This document shows, one piece after another, positions 1 through 9,532 of a stretch of 20,000 nucleotides of DNA. The notes beneath the pieces are model-generated. The model had not been told where the DNA came from and searched no databases. It saw only the letters and a program-made list of their open reading frames with translations. Within the stretch, counting starts at the first letter, position 1. The number at the start of each line of letters is the position of its first letter. Both the position numbers and the translations under genes were made by a program. The stretch is from Craspedostauros australis (Eukaryota), in NCBI GenBank assembly GCA_030167865.1, contig JALAGF010003803.1:48615-68614 (forward strand), written 5' to 3'.

Positions 1-534
1 CGTCTCGCAGCCCTCGAACGGGCGTCAGAATGGCTCAAGTCGGTGCAACAGATCGAAGGAGAACGCAATGTCTCGACGACATCCAGATCGTACCTCAGCA
101 TCCTGCAAGCCGCGAGCCGAGCAACGACGCGCAGTGAGAATGATCTGCGGGCCAACGTCATCGCGCTGGAGACGTTGCAGGACTTCAAACGCACCCGGTT
201 CGACTTGGACCCCCAGGCCTACGTACTGGCGCTGAAGGTGACGATGCAGGCCTTGGGCAGGGCCCCTCGCGGTCAGAAGGATGTGTGGTTGGCGTCGCTG
301 ATGGATCTGTTGCACGATTGCTGCAACGAAGGGTTGATGTGTGCTGCCGCGGTGCGAACGTTCGCCAATGTGCACTGGAGCAAGGACGGTGCCTGGACAC
401 GCGCCGAACGTGACCAGGTGGTCAAGCGCTTCTTTTCCGAGTGGCCCTTGCCATCCTCGTGGACGCGCAAGTTAAAATTCACGCAGTTTCTTCCTCGCAA
501 GGAAGATCTGCAGCGGAACTGGGGAAAGAAATAA
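1..534 (+). CDS. 3' part of a helical-repeat protein, probably pentatricopeptide-repeat (PPR) type; 5'-truncated by the window edge
   Basis: Frame 1 is open from base 1 (RLAALERASEWLKSVQQIEG...) to TAA at 532-534. It has helical segments (RSYLSILQA, QAYVLALK) and a C-terminal 'CCNEGL...LPSSWTRK' signature that resembles the ends of diatom PPR proteins (recalled, not searched). Confidence 0.6.
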   Translation, partial: RLAALERASEWLKSVQQIEGERNVSTTSRSYLSILQAASRATTRSENDLRANVIALETLQDFKRTRFDLDPQAYVLALKVTMQALGRAPRGQKDVWLASLMDLLHDCCNEGLMCAAAVRTFANVHWSKDGAWTRAERDQVVKRFFSEWPLPSSWTRKLKFTQFLPRKEDLQRNWGKK

Positions 535-780
535 GCTGCAACGTGGCGCATGCATTTGCTCTGAAGTTGAGTTGGACATACTTAGTCAAAAATACGCTTC
601 AATTCACCACTACGTACGTAGAGAGGCGCAGTCGCTTGAGTATCGTAAGCTTTCAATGTTTACCAAGACTACCGATACACTGTTCTCCTACAGTAAATTG
701 CTCTCTATTCTACAAGTACCTATCCCAGAGAGCAGAGTAGGTAGTATTGGTTGAATGATCCACAAAGGTATTTGCACATT

Positions 781-846
781 GTGCTTGTCGGATGGACCTT
801 GACAGTAGGCCAAGAATGTCTATCGTCATTCGACAATCGAGCAAAA
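781..846 (-). promoter_or_regulatory. Candidate SECIS element in the 3' UTR of the MSP-like gene
   Basis: Minus strand: ATGAC (829-825), then GATAGAC pairing with GTCCATC (one mismatch), an ATT bulge, CTTGGC/GTCAAG closing loop CTACT, then CGAC (790-787). This fits the RUGAN...NGAN core. A weak lower helix TGCT/AGCA is possible. The canonical apical AA is absent. Confidence 0.45.
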
Positions 847-977
847 TGAAACGTGGATCTGATTCTCGAATCTCACGTTGCTTTCCTTTGGTGACCTTCA
901 GATTTGTGCTCCATGCGCACATGCGTGCATACATGGTGCGGTGTTGTGTCGAAGGAACAGCGCTTCACCGCTCTATT

Positions 978-2043
978 CTACTTCGATCGTTGATCGTATG
1001 CGTACAGAGCTGGAGTGATGAAGGGGGACGGAAACAGCGACCGAGAGATATCGGCGTGCGAAGTATGGGTTGAGCGGTGGAAGAAACGGGGCAGACAGAC
1101 ATCATGTTAGGTAGCCGAATGAATGGAATCTGAATGAATGGAATGAACGAACCGATCATCGTACAACTGTGGTACAATCGCGCCGCCACATTCATTTGTT
1201 TGCTCAATACCAACACTCACCATACAGCACCGCCCCAACGTATGCCATCGACGACGCCGTCGCATGCGGCAACGCTGCAAACGCGGCCGACGCCACGCCG
1301 CTGCGCAACGCAGAACCAGCATTCATGACGTTGACCCTGTCCAAAATCGCGCGGGCGACATCTGGATCCTCGATGCGGGTCATACCCGTACCATCGACGT
1401 CCCAAACGCCAGCCTGCGCGATATTTCACAGACCCGTGCGCGACGAATCCCTGTATCCGGCCGCAAAGAAGAGCGGCAGCACGACGAGGAATCGCGTGGC
1501 GAAGTCCGTATCTGTGATGGCCGTTACGAAGGCGTAGGCAGCTGCGACGTAGGTCGCTTTTGTGCCGGCCTCGGAGCGTCGCTGGCGTTCTTCCGGGCCG
1601 ATATTCTGCAAGTTCCGTGCGGCTTCTTGACGCAGGCGGGCAGTTTCTTCGGGCGATACTGCCTTGGATGGATCGCCGTCCTCCATGAGGAAGCCGTATT
1701 TGACGGTCTTGCCTTCTTGGAGACCCATCATATCCAAGTACGGAAGCAACCAAGACATGAGTCCAGTATTCTTGAATGGCTCCTTTGGTTGTTCTGACCC
1801 AGACGATACAGCTTTCGTCAGTAATGGCGTTGACGTCGGCGTTGACGCCGTTTGTGTCTCTTCATCAGCTGTTGGAGTGGATCCGAGGCGGAACGACGCC
1901 GATGTCGACGTCAATATCGATGAAGCCTGGGAAGAACCCGTCGATACCATCCGTTGTGGTACCATCGGTGTGAATGCACCTGCTTGTTGAGATGCACACA
2001 CGATGGCGACCATCGCCCCGACGGCAGCTGATCGGACCTTCAT
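978..2043 (-). CDS. Predicted membrane selenoprotein (MSP-like), 284 aa, Sec at codon 206 (TGA 1428-1426); exons 2043-1221 and 1009-978; bipartite plastid-targeting presequence
   Basis: Starts at accATGAAG (2043). Signal peptide MKVRSAAVGAMVAIVCASQQAGA|FTP is followed by an S/T-rich transit region, NIGPEERQRR and two hydrophobic helices. Then ...RTGL-TGA-NIAQAGVWDVDGTGMTRIED... continues in frame. Donor G|GTGAGT at 1220 and acceptor CAG at 1012-1010 join to ...VLYALYAYDQRSK-TAG (855 nt, divisible by 3). Confidence 0.8.
1010..1220 (-). other. Spliceosomal intron (211 nt) in the MSP-like gene
   Basis: GTGAGT donor, CTAAC branch-like motif at 1110-1106, pyrimidine-rich tract and CAG acceptor. 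Contains CATT/CATTC simple repeats. Confidence 0.75.
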
Positions 2044-2625
2044 GGTGATGCTGAGGTGTGGAGGCGGTGACACAATCTGGCAACTCGAAATAGCGCACTG
2101 GTCAATTTCAGTTTCTTCTCAAATAATGTGAGCTGGCCTCTTGCACAGCGTCGGTGTCCGTTTCGGCTCCTTGAGAAGCATTACTCTTCATCGCGATCTC
2201 GGTGAACGATGACGACGACGACGATGATGACGCTTTCACCGACAACACTTGTCTGGAACTGTCCACATCATCGAAGGAAAGAACGGTTGTGACCATTGCG
2301 TGGTTGGTGTTGCGTTGTTGTTCTGTTGTGTGGTGGTTGATCTCGATGCGTCAGAACATGAGACATTTCTGAAACGACCAATCGTGTGTGACTCAATCGA
2401 CTTCATAGTCGTACAAGAAACGAATCCAGAACTGCAACTGAACCAAATTGCCGAACCAACAAACGAGGTTGTCGTCAACACCAAACAACGAACACCAACA
2501 TCAACGTCAACATCAACATCGATCGGGATTCGCAACTGCACAACCCGAACATCCAGGAGAGATCCAGAGAAGAAAGAAAGAGAAAGGAAGAGTCCTTGCG
2601 GATTGCCTTTGTTCCAATCCAACCC

Positions 2626-2664
2626 AATTCAAGTCAATTCAAGTCAATTCAATTCACTTCACTT
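2626..2664 (+). repeat. Degenerate pentamer/decamer tandem repeat (AATTC/AAGTC/ACTTC) upstream of fibrillin
   Basis: aattc aagtc aattc aagtc aattc aattc acttc actt, read directly. Confidence 0.7.
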
Positions 2665-2759
2665 CGGTTGATCCCATAGTTCCTCTATTCCCCAAGCACA
2701 GCAAAGTCCCATCAAGCGCAAGAACAAACGCACTTCCAGTGCATCCAACAATCACCACA

Positions 2760-3638
2760 ATGAAGATCGCAACCCTTTCCTTGGCACTGCTGTTCGCAAG
2801 CAACAGCATCGGCAAATCATCGGCATTCGCATCGTCGCGTCCAACATCCGTGGCATTTTCTAACGCCAGAACCCAGCTGCACTCGTACCAGGATGATGCA
2901 CCCTCCGATTACGATCAATCTGATCTGGTCTCCTCAACGCAGGATCTGGTCGTCGACGACGACGAGAACGACGTCATCATCCGCGAGGATCTCAAACGCG
3001 AACTGCTGCTGCTCGCGAGCATCACGAACCGCGGCGAGTACGCGTCGCGCGAGGAACGCGACATCGTCGTGGATCTGGTCACGCAGCTCGAGGCCCTCAA
3101 TCCAACCGCCGAACCAGCCTCGAACGCCAACGGCGAATGGGATCTGTGCATCAGCTCGACGCAATTCTTCCGCAGCAGTCCCTTCTTCCAGGCCATCCGC
3201 GTGGCGGCCGGCGACAACAACAAGGCCTACGCCGAGAACTTCTTCGATCTGCACGACCGCGCCACGGCAGCGGGACGCGTGGGGCGCGTGCGTCAGATCA
3301 TCACGCAGGACACCATGATCAGCGAGGTGGATCTCGAGGTCGGCGTGCTGCCGGGATTGCCGATCCGCTTCGACGGCACGGTCGTGACGGATGCGGAGCT
3401 GTCCATCCGGTCGGCCGATTTGTGGGAGCTCAAGGTGCGCAACACGCAGGTCAAAGGTTCCAACATTCCCATCCTCAACCAGCTGATGGACGATCTCAAG
3501 GTGGATCTGCCTGTCGGTGACTTTTACGATCAGATCGGCTCGTCGCCGGTGATTCCGATGAAGACATTCTATGTTGACGACAGTCTGCGTATCACGAGGG
3601 ATATCGACGACAACTTCTACGTCTTCAGCAGAGCGTGA
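2760..3638 (+). CDS. PAP/fibrillin (plastid lipid-associated) family protein, 292 aa, plastid-targeted
   Basis: Start at acaATGAAG (2760); signal peptide ...GKSSA|FAS. Fibrillin motifs LKRELL..ASITNRG, LVTQLEALNPT..P....NGEW, and C-terminal YVDDSLRITRD..DNFYVFSR. Confidence 0.9.
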   Translation: MKIATLSLALLFASNSIGKSSAFASSRPTSVAFSNARTQLHSYQDDAPSDYDQSDLVSSTQDLVVDDDENDVIIREDLKRELLLLASITNRGEYASREERDIVVDLVTQLEALNPTAEPASNANGEWDLCISSTQFFRSSPFFQAIRVAAGDNNKAYAENFFDLHDRATAAGRVGRVRQIITQDTMISEVDLEVGVLPGLPIRFDGTVVTDAELSIRSADLWELKVRNTQVKGSNIPILNQLMDDLKVDLPVGDFYDQIGSSPVIPMKTFYVDDSLRITRDIDDNFYVFSRA

Positions 3639-4378
3639 GGTGGCACAGGCACACTGCTAATCAACTCGTATCAAGCCAAGTACTCGAAAGCCAAGTGAAT
3701 CGTATTGACTTGGACTGCGCTGTGTTGTGTGGACCTGCATGATAGAAAATCTGAACCCAATACTATCGTGGTGGAGTGAATCAGTGAAGTGTCATAGAGT
3801 GAGGCAATATCCGTCGAATGATGCTCTGTATCGAGTTGGCGTCCAGAGAGCAGCTCCACTTGCTGCGAGCTACGTGTGCCAATGCTGTTGACCACGAGAG
3901 TAGAGCTGGGGAGGAAGTTGTCGACAGTCACGAGCCAGAATGAATGGCAGGATAGAAGTCTGACCGTCATGCCGAAATCAGACCAAAAAGCAGTTTCCGA
4001 CCACTTCGATCACGAACAAGAATAACGACCGTGACGTGGCGAACATGAGTTCTTCCACCTTCTTCTGTCTTCCTTCGCATCCAAAAGCGAGATCGCCATG
4101 ATGGCACGCGACAGAAACCAAAAAGAACACGACAACTTTCCGATCTTGTGTGCCAAGAACAAATCAGCGACAAAGAAGCGGGAGGAGGGCGCACACGATC
4201 CAAACAGAGGTATCTTGGGCAAAGACATCAAACACAAATTCGATGTCAACGACCCTCTTCGTGTTGCCCAAATTCAATCGTAGAGAAACAGAGCGTTCCA
4301 TCAACAACACTTGAGAGAGTTCGCCATACTTGTAGTCGTACCATACAGAGTCGACATCACTCAGCATCACTCGACGGG

Positions 4379-6040
4379 ATGAGCGCCAATGCAGATGCAG
4401 ATTCAACGCTTGCTCCATCGGCAGACGTGGAGCAGCCAAACACCTCCAACGGAGAAGCTGAGCCAGCAGCAACAACAACAACGGTGACAGGAGCAGGAAC
4501 ATCTCCCGATGACGCCGTGAGTGATGATGATGAGGCGCGCAAGGGAACCATCTGGTCGGCACGGTTCAACATCCTTTCCACCATGGTGGGGGGAGGTTGC
4601 CTCTCCCTCCCTCTCGCCTTCCAGCAATCGGGAAATGCGTTGTTGGGACCCATCCTTCTCATCGTCATCACGCTCATCACCGATTTCTGCTTCCGCCTGC
4701 TCGTCGAGAGTTCGAAGGCTCACAGCGGCGTCGATCACAATCGTCGCGGAACGGATTCCTTCGAGTCACTCACCAGCGCGGCCTTCGGACCATCTGCCTT
4801 CCTTTTCTCGATGGCGCTCGTCACGTCCATGTGCTTCTTTGGTACCGTCGGATACTGCGTCTTGCTGCGCGACATGCTCAAGCCCATCACGGATTCCGTG
4901 CATGTCTTCGAAGGCTGGGATTGGCTGCACAAGAACCTCTGCATGTTCGTGGTCGTCCTCGGCGTCACGCCGCTCTGCACTCTCAAGACATTCACTGCAT
5001 TGCAGAGTTGCAACGCCACCAGCATGCTCTCCATCCTGATCCTGGGATCTTCCATCGTCTTTCGGTCCATCCAGTGCAACATCGCCTCCGCCACGGGTTC
5101 CTCGGATTCCGATCTGTTCGAACAGTTCGCCACCGCCACTGCCAATTCCGGCCCCTGGTACTCGCATTTGCGGCCGTTCCCAGATTCGGCGAAGGAGGTT
5201 CTGGATGCGCTGCCGCTCTTCATCTCCTGCTACGTCTGCCATTACAACATCCCCTCGGTGCACAACGAATTGCGCGAACCCTCACCGATCCGAGTTTCCT
5301 GGTGGCTGAGAAGCACGGCATGGACAGCCTTTGCACTCTACATGGTCTTGGGAGTTGCAGGATCCATGTACGGCAATTGCACGGAGACGGGCAAAGTGCA
5401 AGGCAACGTGCTGTTGGACTTTGACGAAGACGACCCGCTTCTGCTGGTCGGGCGCATGTGCCTGGCGTTGACAATCACGCTGGCATTCCCCATGCTCATC
5501 ATTCCTGCGAGAGATATCGTCATACGATTCATGATGGACAGCAGCGACGATGCTGACGCCGATGGCAACGATCGCACACCGAATGTCACCAGTGGACCAG
5601 CCACGTCCGCATCACCTTCATTGTTGGAAGGCCAAGAGGCGTTGGAGGAGCCGCTGCTGCAGGCATTGGATCCACCATCTCATTCCCCTGCCGATTCTTC
5701 AAATGATGTCGCAATTTCAACGGACGATGATGCTCCAGTGGCAGCATCCGCTCCCATCACAACGCGCCTCGCCGTCGCAGTTGCGATATTCTGGACCGCC
5801 GCCGCGTTCGCCAGCAGCGTGCAGAGCATCGACACGGTGTGGGATCTCCTTGGGAGCAGCCTTTCCATCCTGCTGTCGTACCTCCTTCCATGCGGAATCT
5901 ACCTCCAGCTCACCAAGGATCAGGAGGGCGGGGATCATGCCAACTCCAGAATCCTGGCCTGGGTCATCATCGTCGTCTTCACCCCGCTCATGTTCATCTC
6001 GACTGGCAATGCTGTTTACAACACCGCCACGGGGCAGTGA
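4379..6040 (+). CDS. Amino-acid transporter, Aa_trans / SLC38-AVT family, about 553 aa
   Basis: TM1 motif GTIWSARFNILSTMVGGGCLSLPLAFQQSG; LPLFISCYVCHYNIPSVHNEL; GNVLLDF; about 11 hydrophobic segments. ATG at 4379 follows a CA-rich leader. Confidence 0.9.
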   Translation: MSANADADSTLAPSADVEQPNTSNGEAEPAATTTTVTGAGTSPDDAVSDDDEARKGTIWSARFNILSTMVGGGCLSLPLAFQQSGNALLGPILLIVITLITDFCFRLLVESSKAHSGVDHNRRGTDSFESLTSAAFGPSAFLFSMALVTSMCFFGTVGYCVLLRDMLKPITDSVHVFEGWDWLHKNLCMFVVVLGVTPLCTLKTFTALQSCNATSMLSILILGSSIVFRSIQCNIASATGSSDSDLFEQFATATANSGPWYSHLRPFPDSAKEVLDALPLFISCYVCHYNIPSVHNELREPSPIRVSWWLRSTAWTAFALYMVLGVAGSMYGNCTETGKVQGNVLLDFDEDDPLLLVGRMCLALTITLAFPMLIIPARDIVIRFMMDSSDDADADGNDRTPNVTSGPATSASPSLLEGQEALEEPLLQALDPPSHSPADSSNDVAISTDDDAPVAASAPITTRLAVAVAIFWTAAAFASSVQSIDTVWDLLGSSLSILLSYLLPCGIYLQLTKDQEGGDHANSRILAWVIIVVFTPLMFISTGNAVYNTATGQ

Positions 6041-6623
6041 GGAGATGATGTGGCAGAATCCGCAAAAGTAGAGCTGAACGGCTCCAGCTAATTGCAGCGC
6101 TATGTGACTCCGCATAGCCAACGAATGGTAGTGTCCTACTCAACTTAACCCCATTCCTCGATACTCAAACACAGGCGCCTCCTTGGATTATTCGGTGTTG
6201 CCATCCCAGTGTATACCCATGATCATGCGAGCCAGAGCTCTTCTGTGCATGGTATTGACGGGGGCATGATGGCCTCTCTGTTCACTCCTCAAGTATACTG
6301 TACTCCATCATTCCGTACTCCTTCGTATCACCTGGCGCCTGACGATTCCACTTGTTGTGGGTGGCAAAATGTTCGCCGTCTGTCGTGTCACCCAGTCATG
6401 CGTGTTGAGGCGAAGCAGAACATCTGTTCTTCTGTTCTTTGGGCGCGTTCCTTTCTCCAACCAACCATCTGCGGAGAGAGACACTGCAACCGAAAACGCA
6501 AACGTCGATGATGGCCATTCGCATTCCTCCACCCACCCTCTCTTCTTCTTGGCCATCACAAACAGAAACAAAGCACAAAGCAGCACAATAGCGACGCAAC
6601 GCAAAGCAGGCTACCCACCCATC

Positions 6624-8269
6624 ATGATCCTCCGTTGCACGACCCTTGGTTTGGCAAGCCTCGCCTTTGGCGCCATCCACTCGGAGGCCTTCCTGCATCA
6701 CCATCCACCAGCATCCGCTTGGGCGCCAACGAGAGCGGAGGTCGGTTCGGCACAATCCGCCAATTTTCGCCGGGATTTGGCGCCATTGTCGCGCAACGCC
6801 CTAACAACAACGCAGCTGCGCTCCTCCACCTTCCCCTCGTCCTCCGGCACCGTCAAGCTCCCCAACGCCACGAAGAAGAAGAAGCTCAAGGCCTTCGTGC
6901 GGTACCTCGAGATCGAGTGCTGGAAACGCGCCGAACTGCGAGAACTGGAGCCCGTCCTGCAGGCCGTGGCCGATGCCTGCAAGCAAATCAGCCGCATCGT
7001 TCAGCGCGCGCAGACAGATGATCTGTACGGTGTGGCAGTCGACAAGACGACGGGTCAGCCGCTGGAGGACAACGTTCAGGGCGAAGTGCAGCAGCAGCTC
7101 GATGTGCTGTGCAACACCATCATGCTGCGGGCCTTTTGCGGCAGCAGCAAGTCCATCCATGCGGTGGCGTCGGAAGAGGAGGATACGTGCCGGTGTTGTT
7201 CGACGATCATGGTCAGTGGTGCGCTGAGTCGTACTGCATGGAACAGTGTAGATTGCTGTGTTGTGAGCGTTGGCTGTTTGAGGCTGATGGCAGGTGACAT
7301 GGGACCTGCCGTGCCATCGGCGTGAGCAACGAAACTACTGTGATGATTCATTCTTGCCACCCTACTTTGCAATACGTACGCAGACGCTTACCACATATGC
7401 AACACATTGTGCTTGGCTCCACTCCACTCTGCTCTATGGAAATCGCTTTGCTTTTGTCCACCTTCATCGCAACTCATTGAACACAGGGAGATACGGCATT
7501 CGCAGTGGGAGACTACATCGCTGCGTTTGATCCCATTGACGGATCCAAGAACATCGACGCTTCGCTACCCGTAGGTTGCATCTTTGGAATTTACAAGAAG
7601 CCACCCGGCGAGATTGACGAATCCACCTTCCTGCAGGACGGCAGCCGCCTCGTGGCTGCTGGCTATTGTTTATTTTCTGCCACCACGGTGCTGGTCTTGT
7701 CCTTGGGCTCAGGCGTAGATGGGTTCACGCTGGATCCCGATCAGGGCAAGTTCCTTCACACGCTAAGAGACATGCGCATTCCCTCATCCGGAGCCATCTA
7801 CAGCGTCAACGAGGCAAACTACCGAGAGTTCGACAAACCCGTCCAGGCCTACCTCAACTCGGTCAAGGAGCACAAGTCAGCATCCCACCTGAAACCGCAA
7901 GCGCGGTACGTCGGTGCCTTGGTGGCGGACGTCCACAACGTGCTGATCAACGGAGGAATCTACGCCTACCCCGCTACGCTATCAAATCCAACCGGCAAGC
8001 TCCGGCTCCTGTACGAGTGCGCTCCGATGGCATTCATCGTTGAACAAGCCGGAGGAGCGGCATCCACAGGTTCGGGACGTATCATGGATGTAATGCCCAC
8101 TGAGATCCATCATCGTGTGCCCTTGTTCCTCGGCAGCACGGACAACGTATTTGGGTTGGATCAGTTCTACAAGTATCACGGTGATGATGATGACGATGAT
8201 GATGACGATGACATTGATGAGGATGAAGCACAGAGGCAACAGTTGCCTTCGGATAATTTGCATCCTTGA
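6624..8269 (+). CDS. FBP: Fructose-1,6-bisphosphatase class I, predicted plastid-targeted, 456 aa; exons 6624-7211 and 7487-8269
   Basis: Motifs NVQGEVQQQLDV, ASEE, FDPIDGSKNID, YSVNEAN, ARYVGALVADVH and GKLRLLYECAPM. Signal peptide ...IHSEA|FLH (also ASA|WAP). A phase-0 intron joins the two ORF-track pieces. Confidence 0.92.
7212..7486 (+). other. Spliceosomal intron (275 nt) in FBPase
   Basis: ATG|GTCAGT donor and ACACAG|GGA acceptor. Splicing gives a continuous ...STIM-GDTAFAVGDYIAAFDPIDGS. Confidence 0.85.
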
Positions 8270-9532
8270 TTCAACAGGAACTAGCAACACAAGAGTATCG
8301 AACCACGGCATCGCTCCTCTCCTCCCACCTCAATGCCATCGTCTCACTCGATCCATGGATCACACACGAGCACTCTCTCGAGTGCGTCCTAACCCTATTC
8401 GAAGCAAGAACAGAAGTAGCGAGAATAATTCTCATGCTCAACCAACGAATGAGAGTGATGTCCTGACAATGTTTCAGACTGGTGCGAAATGCAGCATTCA
8501 ACGGCCGACATGCGAAACATGGAGACGGGCGGGTAATTGATTGATTAAGGGAGGACAATTGTTACTCTGCACCATTCATAGGCATTGCACCAGATGACCC
8601 CATCTTCAAATGATGCAACGCTCGCTGATGCGCCAAACGACCGTCGACCGGATGAAACCGACGTTGGCGATTGCGACTGTGGCTGTTACCATCGTTCCTT
8701 TGTTACCATACGTTTGGTGACACAGTTGGTGGGTCTTCATCGGCGGTTGGCATTCGTTTGTTGGTGCGCCTGGTGGCGCATGCGTCGTTGTTGCTTTTGA
8801 CGACACAACGATGTCTGTTCGTTGGCTTTTCGGTTTTGTTGTTTGTCTGTTGCGGTGGTTCCTCCGAAGCGTTTGCGGTGATTGCGTTTCAAACGGATGA
8901 TAAACGGTTATAACGTCTCAAACCATGAATGCGTTAAGTGCACAATGTGCTTTGTCGGTAAAGCGACGAAACCGTTTTGTGTGCCGTTTGCATCCCACTC
9001 ACATTTTCTTTGATCCTGGTTGATCGTTGGCAAGAGACGACAACAAGAGGAACAACAAAAGCGCACACCCATCGCCATCGCCATCACCATCACCGCTGGC
9101 ATCACCATCCGTCTCAACAACCGATTCTCGCGTCGGCGATTGACCCATGATTCAACCGAAAACCGAGAATTGCCATCATCATCGCTATCGCCATCAACAA
9201 AGAGAGGAGGGTACGCGGACGAGCAGACAGGCACAATCGGCCTCCTGGCCTCGGCTCCACCAGCTTCCCGTCTGCCTCGATTCTGTCGGAAGAACAACTT
9301 CATGCCTCCCTCAATCGCTCACATCGACGACATCGGGGCTCATCCTCGGGGCACCAAGTCGAACTTGTGAGTGATCATACAGATGCCAAACAGATACACT
9401 TGGCTTTCTCACAAAGGGGGAACAAACCATATCACGACAAGCAACCAATACACCACATCACGTCACATCATATCACATTCCAATACACACTACTGTTGAC
9501 ATGCAACAGAGTCTCACACACAAGGAACAACC

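Noticed and set aside
845-905. Alternative SECIS (minus strand CTGAA-GGTCACC-AAA...GTGAGATT-CGAG)
   Set aside because: It has an apical AAA but a short, poorly paired stem and C rather than a purine before UGA. Kept only as a fallback candidate.
1117-1147. GAAT/GGAAT repeats as a satellite or CRISPR-like array
   Set aside because: A short, degenerate intronic simple repeat with no spacers, in a eukaryotic context.
1426-2073. ORF-track call of a 215-aa protein ending at TGA 1426, or a nonsense pseudogene
   Set aside because: The downstream frame, splice sites and terminal exon are intact, with no other lesions, so Sec recoding is the simpler explanation. The start at 2073 is not ATG.
4597-5424. 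275-aa alternative-frame ORF, and similar overlapping ORFs (11700-12473, 10296-11003, 17665-18480, 15184-16317)
   Set aside because: Off-frame or antisense products of GC-rich codon bias within real genes, with no recognisable motifs.
9020-9374. Upstream ORFs and a GTGAGT at 9367 as an extra coding exon of the kinase
   Set aside because: Joining to the nearby CAG acceptors (9509, 9538) gives no ATG-initiated in-frame product. It may be a 5' UTR intron or uORF, but this is unsupported.
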